In this document: one piece after another, positions 1 to 11,478 of the stretch | How the letters are laid out: each line of letters starts with the position of its first letter | How positions within the stretch are numbered: the stretch's first letter is position 1 | Origin: Wolbachia endosymbiont of Litomosoides sigmodontis | GTDB taxonomy: Bacteria > Pseudomonadota > Alphaproteobacteria > Rickettsiales > Anaplasmataceae | Length of the DNA stretch: 32,000 bases | NCBI RefSeq assembly: GCF_013365435.1 | Contig: NZ_CP046577.1 | Location: 690,001-722,000, forward strand | Direction: 5' to 3' | Position numbers and translations under genes: made by a program | Notes under the pieces: model-generated | Database searches by the model: none | What the model was told of the DNA's origin: nothing | The model's input: only the letters and a program-made list of their open reading frames with translations

Positions 1-502
1 CATAAAGCAATAATTTCTAACTGTGAAATCAGTTACAGAAAGATGGTACACATACCTTCCAAAATACTGACTACTTTCTTTATCAAACTAGATTCCTGAT
101 TTAATAGAAACATGATTTCCTTATTACTTATAATATTGGCCTAACATAATAGGCAATCTTTTAGTTCATCATTCACTACTAAGTTAGTATTCCAAATCAC
201 TGACCATCAGTGAGCACAATTTTCATAATCTCATTTTTTGAGTTTATCATAAAAAATTTGTTACTATTCATATCTTTATATGATGTTGTAGGCAACCGCT
301 CCCTTGATATACCCCACATAATCATATCACTGATATTTTTTGCTTGCATAAGCTGGTGATCACAAAAGATTTCCTAATTCTGTATCAACAGCAACAACAG
401 AGAGTTATTTGTTGCTATTAATATATTACGCTTTACTACCGTAGTAAGGTGTAACATCTGTAAATTGAGTATCTAAAATATTGTAGAAGGTCACTTATAA
501 TA

Positions 503-1017
503 CTAATTTTTACTGTTAATAGGTTAAATAAGTGATACTGCAGAATTGTTTAATTGCGGTGTAAAAAAGAGAAGTAATAAATTTACACAAAGCGCTCTCA
601 AGCAAAGTATTTATTACAGACTTTATTACGTAAAATGTTCTGCTTTATGTAGAACTAAAGTCTCTCAATAGGATTGAACTCAGGTAGGTATATAATCTCA
701 ATATCTTTAGATGCATTTAAATCTTTTGACTTATTTTACTAGCGCAACCCATGTCAAGAAAGACCTCTTGTATTCTTAAATATTGCAATATTTATTTAAA
801 AGATATATTCATATAGTCAGTGTTAACATTTGGTACAAATAAGTTAGAACTCTTTTCATTTTTATGATTAACTGCACTATAGAGATAAAAATTTTGTCTA
901 CCTAATTTTACTCTAACCTGTGTTTTAACGTTCTTTTAAAACCATTAGTGTCCAACTTTTAAATGTATGAAAATCGTGATTTATCGAGGGAAAATAACTC
1001 TTGTTCAGAAGATTTAA
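503..1017 (-). mobile_element. IS630/Tc1-mariner-family IS relic, 3' half only (fragment A1)
   Basis: Reverse complement of 1490-2004 over its full length, and nearly identical by eye over ~560-960. It starts with TA plus the right-terminal motif shared with other copies (tactaattttt...aaataagtg). No intact ORF. Confidence 0.75.
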
Positions 1018-2004
1018 CTGAAGTAAGTAAAGTAACAAGGTTTAAATGGCGTTGAAACCAAAGTTATCAAATAAAAAAGTTGTGAAATCAGTAAAAGGAA
1101 CACCGAAGAAAGTGCGAAATAACATATATGTACAAAAGAACTAAATGCTATAATTGCAGCAAAAAAACACAGTATACTAGCTGTAGTAAAATGGATAAAA
1201 TATTTTAAATTCAGAAAAGAAGAAAAATTGTTCACCTCTTTTAATTTCATAGAAAAATTAGATTTAAATCTAAGTCAATTTAAACAAGTTAAAGTATAGA
1301 TACAAAAAAAACCTAATGTTACCATTAAAGAAGTGGGAATAAGAATTCAGGAAAAATTTAGCTTGAATGTCAGTAAGCCTGCAGTAATATGTAAAAATGA
1401 AGTTTTCATATATTACATCAAGATCAATTTACAATGAACAAGATAAAAGTAGGAAGAAAGAGTAAAAAAATTTAATGAGACTATTGGTAAGTATCATAAA
1501 TAAGAGTTATTTATCCTTGATAAATCGCAATTTTTCACCTATTTAAAAATTGGACATTAATGGTTTTAAAAGAGCGTTAAAACACAGGTTAAAGTAAAAT
1601 TAGGTAGACAAAATTTTTATCTCTACAGTGCAGTTAATCATAAAAATGGAGAGAGTTCTAACTTATTTGTACCAAATGTTAACACTGACTATATGAATAT
1701 ATCTTTTAAATAAATATTGCAATATTTAAGAACACAAGAAGTCTTTCTTGACATGGGTTGCGCTAGTAAAACAAGTCAAAAGATTTAAATGCATCTAAAG
1801 ATATTGAGATTATATACCTACCTGAGTTCAATCCTATTGAGAGACTTTGGTTCTACATAAAGCAGAACATTTTACATAATAAAGTCTGTAATACAATACT
1901 TTGCTTGAGAGCGCTTTGTATAAATTTATTACCTCCCTTTTTCACACCGCAATTAAACAACTTTGCAATGCCACTTATTTAATCTAATAATAATGAGAAT
2001 TCGC
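1018..2004 (+). mobile_element. IS630/Tc1-mariner-family IS relic, nearly full length, transposase frame destroyed (fragment A2)
   Basis: The + frame from 1803 reads IEIIYLPEFNPIERLWFYIKQNIL, the ...NPIE..W region of IS630-type DDE transposases. Upstream transposase remnants are broken by many stops. About 55 bp of the left end is missing. A degenerate right end (aatgagaattcgc) lies at ~2004. Confidence 0.8.
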
Positions 2005-2744
2005 ATAAGATCACAACCTTTTCCCATCTTTAAATGAAAGATACTAACTTTCCATTTTGAAAAACTAAACTATGAGCTTATCACGCATAATTACAGGAAA
2101 TACACGTAATTTGACCTTGTTGCTTAATTGCTATCATCATGACATGACTTATGATAGGACCAACTGTACTATCATTCTCTATGTTCAGTAAGTACAAACA
2201 GTCGTCTAAAGTTCAAATTACCAGTCTATCATTAAAAGTTGTAAAATTTTCTCTTATCAAACACTTTAACTCCTTTTTTCATATAACGTTGATTTTCACT
2301 TATTGCATATAGTACATTATCTATGCTAAGTAAATTTTACGACAATAGCCTCTATAAATAGCACCCACTTTACCAAGTGTTTTATGACTATTAGATAAAT
2401 CCAGTTTTTTATCTTCCCATCTTGGGTAATACAATACCAAATCATCACCCGATAACTAGATCAAGGCTCTTTCGTAAATGGGATTGTCCTATATAACCTT
2501 GAGAAAACTCTCTACTTTAATTAGTCTATAGGTGATACTTATATTTATCTTTTATTTGCAAGACAGGATCTACCTTATCTTGTTACAATAACACAATTTG
2601 TGCTTAATAAGAAAGCAATTTAAAAAATTGCTAATTTCATAAAGCTTTTTCAGAAAGGTTATTTACATATATAAAAAAAATTACTACTACAACATATCTT
2701 ACCTTTGTTTGCCACCTATTTTAAACAGATATTCACCATAAAAT

Positions 2745-4016
2745 TTAATGAGAGTCCCATTTTACAGTGTTTAAATCCATTCCTTCTTGCACCATTTCCC
2801 AAAGTGGGCTCATTTCTCTTAGCCGCTCTATATTTTTAGCAATAAGATCTGCCGCATATAAAATTTCGTCTTTAGTCGTAAATCGGCCAAGGCCAAATCT
2901 AATTGATGAATGCTCAAGGCCATTACCACTATTCAGGGATCGTATAACATAGGAAGGTTCAAGAGATGCAGATGTGCATGCAGAACCAGAACTTACTGCC
3001 AAATCCTTGATTGCCATGATGAGAGATTCACCTTCAACATAGGGAAAACTTAAGTTTAAATTTCCTGGAATTCTATTCTCATAATCACCATTTAAAACAA
3101 CATCAGGAAATGCTTCTTTTATTTTATTGTACAAAATATCCCTTAACTTTTCTAATTTAGTTGCCTCTTTTTTCATCTCCTTTTTAGCAATACGTGCTGC
3201 TTCACCAAAACCAACTACAAGTGGGGTTGGAACTGTTCCAGAACGCATACCCCTTTCCTGCCCTCCACCATTAATCAATGGCGTCAGCCTAACACGAGGA
3301 TTTTTTCTACGAATATACAACGCACCTATTCCCATAGGCCCATAAATTTTGTGGCTAGTAATGCTCATTAGATCAATGTTCATTTCATTTACATCTACTG
3401 AAACTTTTCCAAAACTTTGAGCAGCATCTGTATGGAAAAACACGTTATGCTTTCTGCATATTGAACCAATTTCTTTTATAGGCTGAATTACTCCAATTTC
3501 ATTATTTACCATCATTACTGAAACAAGAATTGTTCTATCAATTATTGCCTCTTCAAGTTTAGACAAATCTATAATTCCATTTTGCTTAACAGGCAAATAT
3601 GTAACCTTAAAGCCTTCACTCTCCAGATGCCGACAAGAATCCAGAACGCACTTATGTTCTGTGCAAACAGTTATTAAATGATCTCCTTTATTTTTATAAA
3701 AGTGAGCAACACCCTTGATTGCCATGTTATTTGACTCAGTTGCACCTGAGGTAAAGATAATTTCCTTACTATCGGCATTTACCAGATCAGCAATGTGCCT
3801 TCTCGCCTTTTCCACTACTTCCTCAGCAGCCCAACCAAACGAATGGCTACGAGAATGTGCATTACTGAACTCACCAAAATAAGGCATCATCACCTTTAAA
3901 ACACGAGGATCTACTTTAGTAGTAGATTGATAATCAAGAAATATTGGTAATTTCACTTTAGCACTGTGTACTTTCCCATTTTTCACATTCATAATCGGTA
4001 TAAAAGTTTTGAACAT
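2745..4016 (-). CDS. iscS: cysteine desulfurase IscS/NifS (PLP-dependent)
   Basis: 423-aa ORF with a PLP-lysine context ([10 protein letters not shown]) and the active-site Cys loop SSGSACTS, with length and layout typical of IscS. An alternative start exists at Met9 (MNVKNG...). Confidence 0.95.
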   Translation of the reverse strand: MFKTFIPIMNVKNGKVHSAKVKLPIFLDYQSTTKVDPRVLKVMMPYFGEFSNAHSRSHSFGWAAEEVVEKARRHIADLVNADSKEIIFTSGATESNNMAIKGVAHFYKNKGDHLITVCTEHKCVLDSCRHLESEGFKVTYLPVKQNGIIDLSKLEEAIIDRTILVSVMMVNNEIGVIQPIKEIGSICRKHNVFFHTDAAQSFGKVSVDVNEMNIDLMSITSHKIYGPMGIGALYIRRKNPRVRLTPLINGGGQERGMRSGTVPTPLVVGFGEAARIAKKEMKKEATKLEKLRDILYNKIKEAFPDVVLNGDYENRIPGNLNLSFPYVEGESLIMAIKDLAVSSGSACTSASLEPSYVIRSLNSGNGLEHSSIRFGLGRFTTKDEILYAADLIAKNIERLREMSPLWEMVQEGMDLNTVKWDSH

Positions 4017-4107
4017 AGAAGTTACAGTTTTTCATAGCACTAAAAATTAATTTTTTCAAGATATAATTTTTCCTCAATATAAAATCTGATGTACAAAAGT
4101 TGTCATA

Positions 4108-4430
4108 CTAATTTCCACTATACGAGGAACAGATAAATAATAATAAAGCACTAAAATTTAAAAGAGAAAAAAAACTGTTTGCTCCTTTAACATTGTAAAA
4201 AATTAAGTTAGATTAGAGTTACTTTGAACAAGTTAAAGTACTGATATAAAAAAACCTGATATCACCATCAAGATCAATTCATAATGAACAAGATAAAGAT
4301 AAACAAGAGGAGTTTAAAAAAACTTAATGAGGGTATTGGTAAATATATTAAACAAGAGTTATTCATCTTTGATGAATCGCAATTTTGCACATACTCAAAA
4401 GTTAGATACTGATGATTTTAAAAGGACGTT
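4108..4430 (+). mobile_element. IS630-family relic, 5' portion with internal deletions (fragment B1)
   Basis: The left terminus is retained (ta|ctaatttccacta...). Positions 4356-4385 translate ELFIFDESQF, the first catalytic-D region (DESxF) of IS630 transposases. The fragment ends at an internal ...gacgtTA site. Confidence 0.65.
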
Positions 4431-5222
4431 ATATCAATTCTCATTAATTAGTGGATCAAATAAGTGATATTTAGAGTTATCTAATTGCGTAGCAAAAAGA
4501 GAGGTAATAATCTGCACAAAGTATTTTTAAGCAAAGCAATTATATCACAGACTTCATTACACAAAATGTTTTGTCTTATATACAACCAAAGTTCCTCAAT
4601 AAGATTGAGCTCTGGTAAGCACAGTGATGAATATATAGTTTCAATATCTTTAAGTATATTTAATTTTTAACTTATATCAACCAGCACAATCTATAAAAAT
4701 GAAGAAATAAATTTTTTCTACGTAATTTTACTTTAACTTGTCTCTAATGTCCCTTTTAAACTACCAATATCTAACTTTCGAGCGTGTGCCAAATCGCGAT
4801 TCATGAAAGATGAATAACTCTTGTCCAATATATTTACCAATACCCTCATTAAGTTTTTTTAAACTCCTCTTATTTATCTTTATCTTGTTCATTATGAATT
4901 GATCTTAATAGTGATATCAGGATTTTCTTATACCCATACTTCAATTTATTCAAATTAACTCTAACCTAATTTTTCTACGACGTTAAAGGAGCAAAGAGTT
5001 TTTTTCTCTTTTAAATTTTAGTGTTTTATTCATGCAGTTAGTACTATTGCAACATATGCGTTATCTCGCACTTTCTTCAGCACTCTTTTTGCTAATTTTA
5101 CTACTTTTTTTATCTAATAATTTTGATTTTAACATCATTTAACCACCGCTATTTATTTACCCATCGGTATAGCTTCTTCCCCATTATTATCTATCCGTTC
5201 TTCGTATAGTGGAAGCTGATAT
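4431..5222 (-). mobile_element. IS630-family relic retaining both termini, internally deleted (fragment B2)
   Basis: The right end, read on the minus strand, is ...ctaattaatgagaattgata. The left end lies at 5190-5222 (...cgtatagtggaagctgatat). Region 4745-5031 is the inverted copy of 4143-4430. Confidence 0.7.
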
Positions 5223-5390
5223 TACTAATTATTGTTATGCTTTAACAAAATGTACATGACTCACCAACATCAATGGTCAGGTACTTTATCGTCCTCAATT
5301 CATAAGAGTGGTCAATTTTCTCTTCAATTTTTCGGGAGTAGAGTCATTATTATCTTTTCTTTAAAAATCATTCAGATTATATTACAGAAC

Positions 5391-5927
5391 ATGAACCTTA
5401 GGCAAAAAATCAAGTTTTTTTCTCTATCCTTTTTAATTTTATTTTCTTTATGGACCATATTGTCTGGTTATTTTGAGCTGTTTTTTATTTTTTGTGGAAT
5501 ATTTTCCTCTATGTTTACGCTATTTATCCTTAAACGGTTAATGGATGCTGAAAGCGTTCTCAGTCAGATCTTAAATGATACAAATAGACTGCAGTTTTGC
5601 AAATTGTTAAGCTATATACTATGGTTAACATACCAAGTTATTCTATCAAGTGTTTACGTAACAAAAAAGGTAGTGCAAGCTAAACTTAAACTTGAGCCGA
5701 TAATCATCCTAAAGAAATACAAAGGACACAACGACATGAGCATTGCATTGTTCGCCAATTCAGTCACAATTACTCCTGGCACTTTAACTATTGATGTTAC
5801 AAAAAAACAACAGATATATCTGTTTACCATATGCTTGATAGATAAAAGCCTTAAGAGCGGCGTTTCTAAAATAGAGAACAAAGTTTTTAAAATATTGCGT
5901 TCACAATTAGGTAATTGCTTTAAATAA
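5391..5927 (+). CDS. mrpE: Na+/H+ (Mrp/Mnh-type) antiporter subunit E
   Basis: The ANSVTITPGTLTIDVT motif matches the conserved MnhE (L)ITLTPGT(I/L)SVDV motif. There are two N-terminal TM segments. I placed the start at ATG 5391 (MNLRQK...); the ORF track extends upstream to 5232. Confidence 0.8.
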   Translation: MNLRQKIKFFSLSFLILFSLWTILSGYFELFFIFCGIFSSMFTLFILKRLMDAESVLSQILNDTNRLQFCKLLSYILWLTYQVILSSVYVTKKVVQAKLKLEPIIILKKYKGHNDMSIALFANSVTITPGTLTIDVTKKQQIYLFTICLIDKSLKSGVSKIENKVFKILRSQLGNCFK

Positions 5928-6323
5928 GTTAACAGCATCCTTATATTCCCTTACTAGACTTTCAAGCATTTCTTTTGGAAGACTATTGCCAACAATAGAG
6001 CACAAATAACTGTACAGGTCTTCTAATCTTGATATATTATTTTTCTTCCTACTGTTGAACTTATATGGGAAAATATCTTCCACGATTTCAATAGTAGCAG
6101 CCCTATTTAAAAATACATTTTCACTTGTCATACTTACTCTTATTAAAATAGTGTTGATTTTAGGTTCGTCGCTCGTATAAAAATCTGATAGTTTAGCCAT
6201 TTTGATGACATATAAAGTCATTATTTTTGATAAACAGTTATCAGCATATTCACAATTTTTTACTACTTCCCACTGAGTAACTTGAGACTTACTTATTTTC
6301 GCATTGTTCGGTAGTTTGCTCAT
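5907..6323 (-). CDS. hypothetical protein (138 aa), no recognisable domain
   Basis: ATG start at 6323, preceded on the minus strand by GGAG (6335-6332) with an 8-nt spacer. The ORF is long for an AT-rich genome. Its 3' end overlaps the mrpE 3' end by 21 bp, convergently. Confidence 0.5.
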   Translation of the reverse strand: MSKLPNNAKISKSQVTQWEVVKNCEYADNCLSKIMTLYVIKMAKLSDFYTSDEPKINTILIRVSMTSENVFLNRAATIEIVEDIFPYKFNSRKKNNISRLEDLYSYLCSIVGNSLPKEMLESLVREYKDAVNLFKAIT

Positions 6324-6571
6324 TCAAATTTCTCCACTTAATCTAGTTAATAGATTATACTAATACTTTATTAAATAAATAATAACACAATTACAAAAAT
6401 ATATACTTATAATAACATATTATACAAAAATAGCAAAATATTTAAGTATTAAAGCAAACTTAAACTAGATGCATAGAGAAGTTCGTCATTAAATTTTTTG
6501 ATAACCTAGAAAAAGGTAAACATTTATTACCTTAAATATTGATGTTTTTTCCGATCTTTTTTAATGCTCAT

Positions 6572-7644
6572 CACAATTCTCACTGTATAAGAAACGAAGA
6601 TAGATAATAATAAAAAAGAAGCACACTTAGGCAAGTAAAATAGCGAGGATTAAATGGCATTAAAATCAGAATTATCGGATAAAAAAGTTATATAATAAAT
6701 AAAAAAGTGCTGAAGTAAGTACGAAACAACGCATATGTGATAAAAAACTAAATACTATAATTGCAGCAAAAGAACAAGTATAATAGCCGTAGCAAAGATG
6801 TTGCATTTTAAAAACAGCACTAACTGCATAGATAAAGCGCTAAAACTTATAAGAGAAAAAAGATTGTTTACTCCTCTCAACATCATAGCAAAATCAAATT
6901 GAATCTAAGTAAATTTGAATAAGTTGAAGTATAATACAAGAAAATCTGAATCTTACATTAAAGAAATGAGAATAAGAATTAAGGGGAAAATTTGGCTGAA
7001 TGTCAACAAGACTACAGTACATTTTAAGTATGCAAAAAAGGCTAGTTTATAATGAACAAGATAAAGGTAGACAGGAAGAGTTAAAAAAATCTAATGAGGT
7101 TATTGGTGAATAGCCTAAATTTAAGAGTCATTTTTCTTTAATAAATTGCAATTTTGGCACACATTAGTAAAGTTGAATGCGTGCGGTTTAAAAATGGTGT
7201 TAAAAACATCAATTAAAGTAAAATTAGGTAGATAAAATTTTTATCCTTATAGTTCAGTTAATTCTAAAATATAGAGAGCGCGTCCTAGCTTATTTGCACC
7301 GAATGTGTGAACACTGATTGTATGAATATATTTCTTGAATACATGTCATAATATTTAAGAACACAAGAAGCCTTTCTTATCATAAATTGTGCTACTTGAC
7401 ATAAATCAAAGAATTCAAATGTACTTAAGAATATCGAGGTTATATACCTACCACTATACTAGCCTGAGCTCAATCTTATTAAGAGACTTTGATTGTATAT
7501 AAAACAGAATATTTTATATAATAAAAATAATAATAGAATTGCTTTGTTTGAAAGCGCTTTGGACAATTTATTATCTTTTTTTTTACTCCACAATCACACA
7601 ACTCTGCAGTGTCACTTATTTGACCTACTAAAAATAAGAATTGG
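6572..7644 (+). mobile_element. IS630-family relic, full length (~1.07 kb), solitary copy C
   Basis: Collinear with A2, F and G1 from the left-end region (cacaattctcactg...) to the right end (...aaaataagaattgg|ta). The ...LNLIKRLWLYIKQNILYNK remnant is recognisable, and many stops are present. Confidence 0.8.
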
Positions 7645-7918
7645 TATTGGCTACAGTATTTTAATGTCTCTCTATAGACATATTATTACCAGTATAATTT
7701 TTAATGTGACTTCTATCACTGTAGAATTCATTCAAAAATTTACTTAGTATAGAATTATCATGAAATTTATGTTATTTCTTTTTGTCACAAAGAAAGAAAA
7801 TACAACAACACTATGTAGGATAAAGTAATTGTTATAAACCAAAAAAATGAATAACATGTATATTTTTTTATCACTTTGTGATTAAATAGTAACAATTATA
7901 ATCATCATAGTAAATAAC

Positions 7919-8491
7919 ATGTTCATTCAAATTGAAGAAACACCAAACCCCAACACGCTAAAATTCCTTCCTGGGTTTACAATCTTAGACGAAAGGGAGA
8001 CTGCTGATTTTTCAAATCAAGATGAAGTAAAAAATTCCAAATTAGCAGCAGATCTTTTTCAAATAGAACATGTGGTAAGAGTATTTTTTAGCCATGATTT
8101 TATTTCAGTAACAAAATCTGATGAAATTAGTTGGGATATATTAAAAGTGGAAATTTTAACTACGGTCACGAATCACTTTACCTCTGGCGGGAAGGCATTA
8201 GATAGAAAGGGAGGGAGTGACAATAACATACCTGATGAGGAATTTTTTGATGAAAATGATATAGAAATTGTAAATAGAATAAAAGAGTTGATGGAAAATT
8301 ACATCAAACCTGCAGTCACTCAAGATGGCGGCGATATCAAATTTCGCGGCTATAAAGATGGAATAGTTTATGTTGAATTGCAAGGAGCTTGTTCTGGATG
8401 CCCAAGTGCTGCAATTACCCTAAAGCAAGGAGTGCAAAATATGCTGTGTTATCACATACCAGAAGTTTCAGGTATAGAGACTATGTTATGA
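7919..8491 (+). CDS. NifU-like Fe-S cluster assembly protein (Nfu_N + NifU C-terminal domain)
   Basis: The N-terminus [16 protein letters not shown] is typical of the Nfu N-domain. The C-terminal part carries a CSGCPSA (CxxC) motif. The stop overlaps the hisS start. Confidence 0.9.
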   Translation: MFIQIEETPNPNTLKFLPGFTILDERETADFSNQDEVKNSKLAADLFQIEHVVRVFFSHDFISVTKSDEISWDILKVEILTTVTNHFTSGGKALDRKGGSDNNIPDEEFFDENDIEIVNRIKELMENYIKPAVTQDGGDIKFRGYKDGIVYVELQGACSGCPSAAITLKQGVQNMLCYHIPEVSGIETML

Positions 8492-9729
8492 CTAATCAAA
8501 CAGCCAGAGGAATGAAGGATCTTTTATTTGATGAATGGTATAAGTTTAAATACATTCAACAGATAGCAAACAAAATCTCAAGTTTTTATGGCTTTTTACC
8601 TGCACAAACCCCAATATTTGAATATACAGAAGTCTTTACGAAAACTTTAGGTGATAGTTCTGACATTATCAATAAAGAGATGTATACTTTTAACGATAAA
8701 GGAGGGAAGAGCATAACTCTACGTCCAGAGTTAACTGCAGCGATTGTTAGGCTATTTATTGAAAAGAAACTGCAAACACCAATAAAATTATTTTCAACAG
8801 GACCTGCGTTTCGCTATGAAAGACCACAAAAGGGACGACAAAGGCAATTTCACCAAATAAATTTTGAGTTTTTGGGTGTAAAAGATCCAAAAGCTGATAT
8901 TGAAGTGATATCACTCGCTCAGCATTTGTTAACTGAATTTAATATCGACAAGAATGTAAGACTAGAAATTAACTCTTTGGGTAGCAGTGAAACAATGGTT
9001 AAGTATAGAGAAGTTTTAACATCGTACTTTAAAAAGTTTCAAAATGACCTATCAGAGATTAGCCAAAATAGATTAATTAAAAACCCACTCAGAATATTAG
9101 ATTCCAAGGATGAAAAAGATAAATTGATAATCTTTGATGCACCCAAAATCAGTGATTATTATACAAAAGAATCCTTAGATTTTTTTGAGCAAATATTAAA
9201 CGGATTAACAGCTCTCGATATACCTTATACCGTAAACAATAAATTAGTTCGAGGACTAGATTATTATTGCCACACAGTGTTTGAATTTATTACAGAGAGT
9301 TTGGGCGCACAAGGAGCGGTCTTTGCAGGTGGGAGATATGACAATTTGGTATCTTCAGTAGGTGGAAAATATACTCCAGCAATAGGATTTGCAGGTGGCA
9401 TTGAGCGCATAATGGAATTAATTAACTATTCCGTGAAAGAAAGGAGACCTATTTGCTTAGTCCCTATTGGCAAAGAGGCTGGAGAGTATGCTTTGATACT
9501 TGCAAATAAATTGCGCAGGAATGGTTTATATGTAATTTGTGAGTATAATGGAGTGCTTAAAAAGCGAATGAAAAAAGCAAGTCAAGTAAATGCTAAGGCT
9601 GTGTTAATTTTTGGCAATGAAGAATTAGGCAGTAAAACTTTAAAGATTAAAAATATGGATACTGGTGAAGAAAAAGTAATTGCTCGCGCTAGTATAATGA
9701 AAAACATCCACCAAACTTTGCTTATGTAA
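8488..9729 (+). CDS. hisS: histidine--tRNA ligase
   Basis: Class II HisRS signatures: [33 protein letters not shown] and [11 protein letters not shown] 8488 forms an ATGA overlap with the upstream stop. The ORF-track N-terminal extension (8389) is rejected. Confidence 0.95.
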   Translation: MTNQTARGMKDLLFDEWYKFKYIQQIANKISSFYGFLPAQTPIFEYTEVFTKTLGDSSDIINKEMYTFNDKGGKSITLRPELTAAIVRLFIEKKLQTPIKLFSTGPAFRYERPQKGRQRQFHQINFEFLGVKDPKADIEVISLAQHLLTEFNIDKNVRLEINSLGSSETMVKYREVLTSYFKKFQNDLSEISQNRLIKNPLRILDSKDEKDKLIIFDAPKISDYYTKESLDFFEQILNGLTALDIPYTVNNKLVRGLDYYCHTVFEFITESLGAQGAVFAGGRYDNLVSSVGGKYTPAIGFAGGIERIMELINYSVKERRPICLVPIGKEAGEYALILANKLRRNGLYVICEYNGVLKKRMKKASQVNAKAVLIFGNEELGSKTLKIKNMDTGEEKVIARASIMKNIHQTLLM

Positions 9730-9869
9730 GTATAATAAACATTAAGCTTCATGTTCAAATATAGGAACTGTATATATAAAAAGGCAAGAGGTCATTCATT
9801 TGTGAGTAATATAGCTATAGCCAAATCACTTTTTTTATGTATAATCTTTAAAAAACTTTCTACATAAAA

Positions 9870-11390
9870 GTGAAGATTGAAAGAGTTTTAATATCAGTAT
9901 ACGATAAGACAAATATAATCAATCTTGCACTATTTTTAGTGCAGCAACAAATAGAGATTCTTTCAACAGGAAATACATATAAAGTGCTGTGCAATGCAGG
10001 GATAAAGACAAGGGAAATCTCCGATTATACACAATTTCCAGAGATATTAGGTGGTAGAGTAAAGACTCTACATCCTAAAATCCATGGAGGAATACTCTGT
10101 AATCGAGAAAAGCACAAAAAGGAAATGCAGGATCTAGAAATTGAATCTATAGATCTGCTTATAATTAATTTATATCCATTCTGGGAAACAGTTAATAATG
10201 AGTCAAGTGAAGAACAAATCGTAGAGCAAATAGATATTGGCGGAGTGGCTTTAATTAGAGCTGCAGCAAAAAACTTTCATTTTACTTCAGTCATTTCCAG
10301 TGTTCAGGACTATGAAGCATTGAAAGCTGAAATGATAAAAAATAACAATAAAATAACATTAGAATATAGAAAATACTTGGCAACTAAGGCATTTGCTCTT
10401 ACTACACACTACGATTCTAATATTTATAGTTGGTTTTTATCTAAGAGTAGAAGTAGCAAATTACCAGAGTTTTTTGTTCTATATGGAAATAAGGCACAAG
10501 AATTAAGGTACGGTGAAAATCCTCATCAGAAAGCCGCATTTTATAGTAATCAATTTACTAAATATCCACTGGAAAAAATACATGGAAAAGAGTTAAGTTA
10601 TAATAACATAGTAGATATAGAATCTGCGCTCAACATAATTTCTGAGTTTGAAGAACCTGCAGCAGTGATAATTAAACACAATAATCCATGTGGTGCTGCC
10701 GTTGGTAATAATGTTTTAGAAGCATATAAAAAAGCTCTATCATGTGATGAGATAAGCAGTTTTGGCAGCATAGTTGCTTTAAATCGTGAGGTAGATTTAA
10801 AGCTAGCAGAAAAATTAAGCAGTATATTCTTGGAGGTAGTGATAGTACCATCAGTCAGTGATGAGGCACTAAAAATTTTGCAAAGAAAGAAAAATCTAAG
10901 AGTGATGATTCATAGATCTCTTCAGCAAAATACGAAATATCAAATTAAAAATATTATTGGTGGGTTTTTAATACAAGAAAATAATAGCTACGCAATAAAA
11001 ATAGAAGAGATGAGTCAAGTAACAGAATACTCTGCAACGAAAAAAGAAAAAGAAGATCTCATCTTTGCTTGGAAAATATGTAAACATGTAAAATCTAATG
11101 CAATAGTTATAGCAAAAGACGGTTGTGCTATTGGTATCGGTGCAGGACAAACAAGCAGAATAGATAGTGTGAATATTGCCGTGAAAAAGGCGGATAAAAA
11201 GTGTAATGGTGCTGTGCTTGCTTCAGATGCATTTTTTCCATTCACAGATAGTATAGTAGAAAGTGTAAAACATGGAATCACAGCCATAATTCAGCCTGGT
11301 GGCTCACTGAAAGATCAAGATGTGATAAAAATTGCAAATGAAAGTAAAATTGCTATGTTTTTCACTGGTACTCGTAGCTTCTCTCATTAA
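9870..11390 (+). CDS. purH: bifunctional AICAR formyltransferase / IMP cyclohydrolase
   Basis: The N-terminal MGS-like domain carries LISVYDKT and GGRVKTLHPKIHGGIL. The AICARFT domain carries YGENPHQ and KHNNPCGAA. GTG start at 9870. Confidence 0.95.
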   Translation: MKIERVLISVYDKTNIINLALFLVQQQIEILSTGNTYKVLCNAGIKTREISDYTQFPEILGGRVKTLHPKIHGGILCNREKHKKEMQDLEIESIDLLIINLYPFWETVNNESSEEQIVEQIDIGGVALIRAAAKNFHFTSVISSVQDYEALKAEMIKNNNKITLEYRKYLATKAFALTTHYDSNIYSWFLSKSRSSKLPEFFVLYGNKAQELRYGENPHQKAAFYSNQFTKYPLEKIHGKELSYNNIVDIESALNIISEFEEPAAVIIKHNNPCGAAVGNNVLEAYKKALSCDEISSFGSIVALNREVDLKLAEKLSSIFLEVVIVPSVSDEALKILQRKKNLRVMIHRSLQQNTKYQIKNIIGGFLIQENNSYAIKIEEMSQVTEYSATKKEKEDLIFAWKICKHVKSNAIVIAKDGCAIGIGAGQTSRIDSVNIAVKKADKKCNGAVLASDAFFPFTDSIVESVKHGITAIIQPGGSLKDQDVIKIANESKIAMFFTGTRSFSH

Positions 11391-11478
11391 ATTTTGTGTT
11401 CTATAGAATGCAAAAAAACTACTTGATAAACTTAGCCAACCTTCTGAATTGTGGCAGCTATAGCGTTTCTGACTCGTA

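Noticed and set aside
1014-1250. 78-aa minus-strand ORF. The same applies to ORFs 4485-4670, 7493-7747, 11489-11773, 29938-30138 and 30168-30419.
   Set aside because: All lie entirely within decayed IS630-family relics, in frames or strands unrelated to the transposase, and are low-complexity and AT-driven. I treat them as chance ORFs in IS debris.
8389-8487. N-terminal extensions suggested by the ORF track: hisS from 8389, thrS to 21232, mrpE from 5232, rnj from 22895.
   Set aside because: The extensions have no similarity to the respective families. They overlap upstream genes or IS debris, and internal ATGs give canonical N-termini.
10290-10310. gtcatttccagtgttcaggac inside purH resembles the GTCATTCCAGTG palindromic repeat.
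   Set aside because: It encodes VISSVQD in a segment that aligns with canonical PurH without any length difference, so it is native coding sequence and the resemblance is coincidental.
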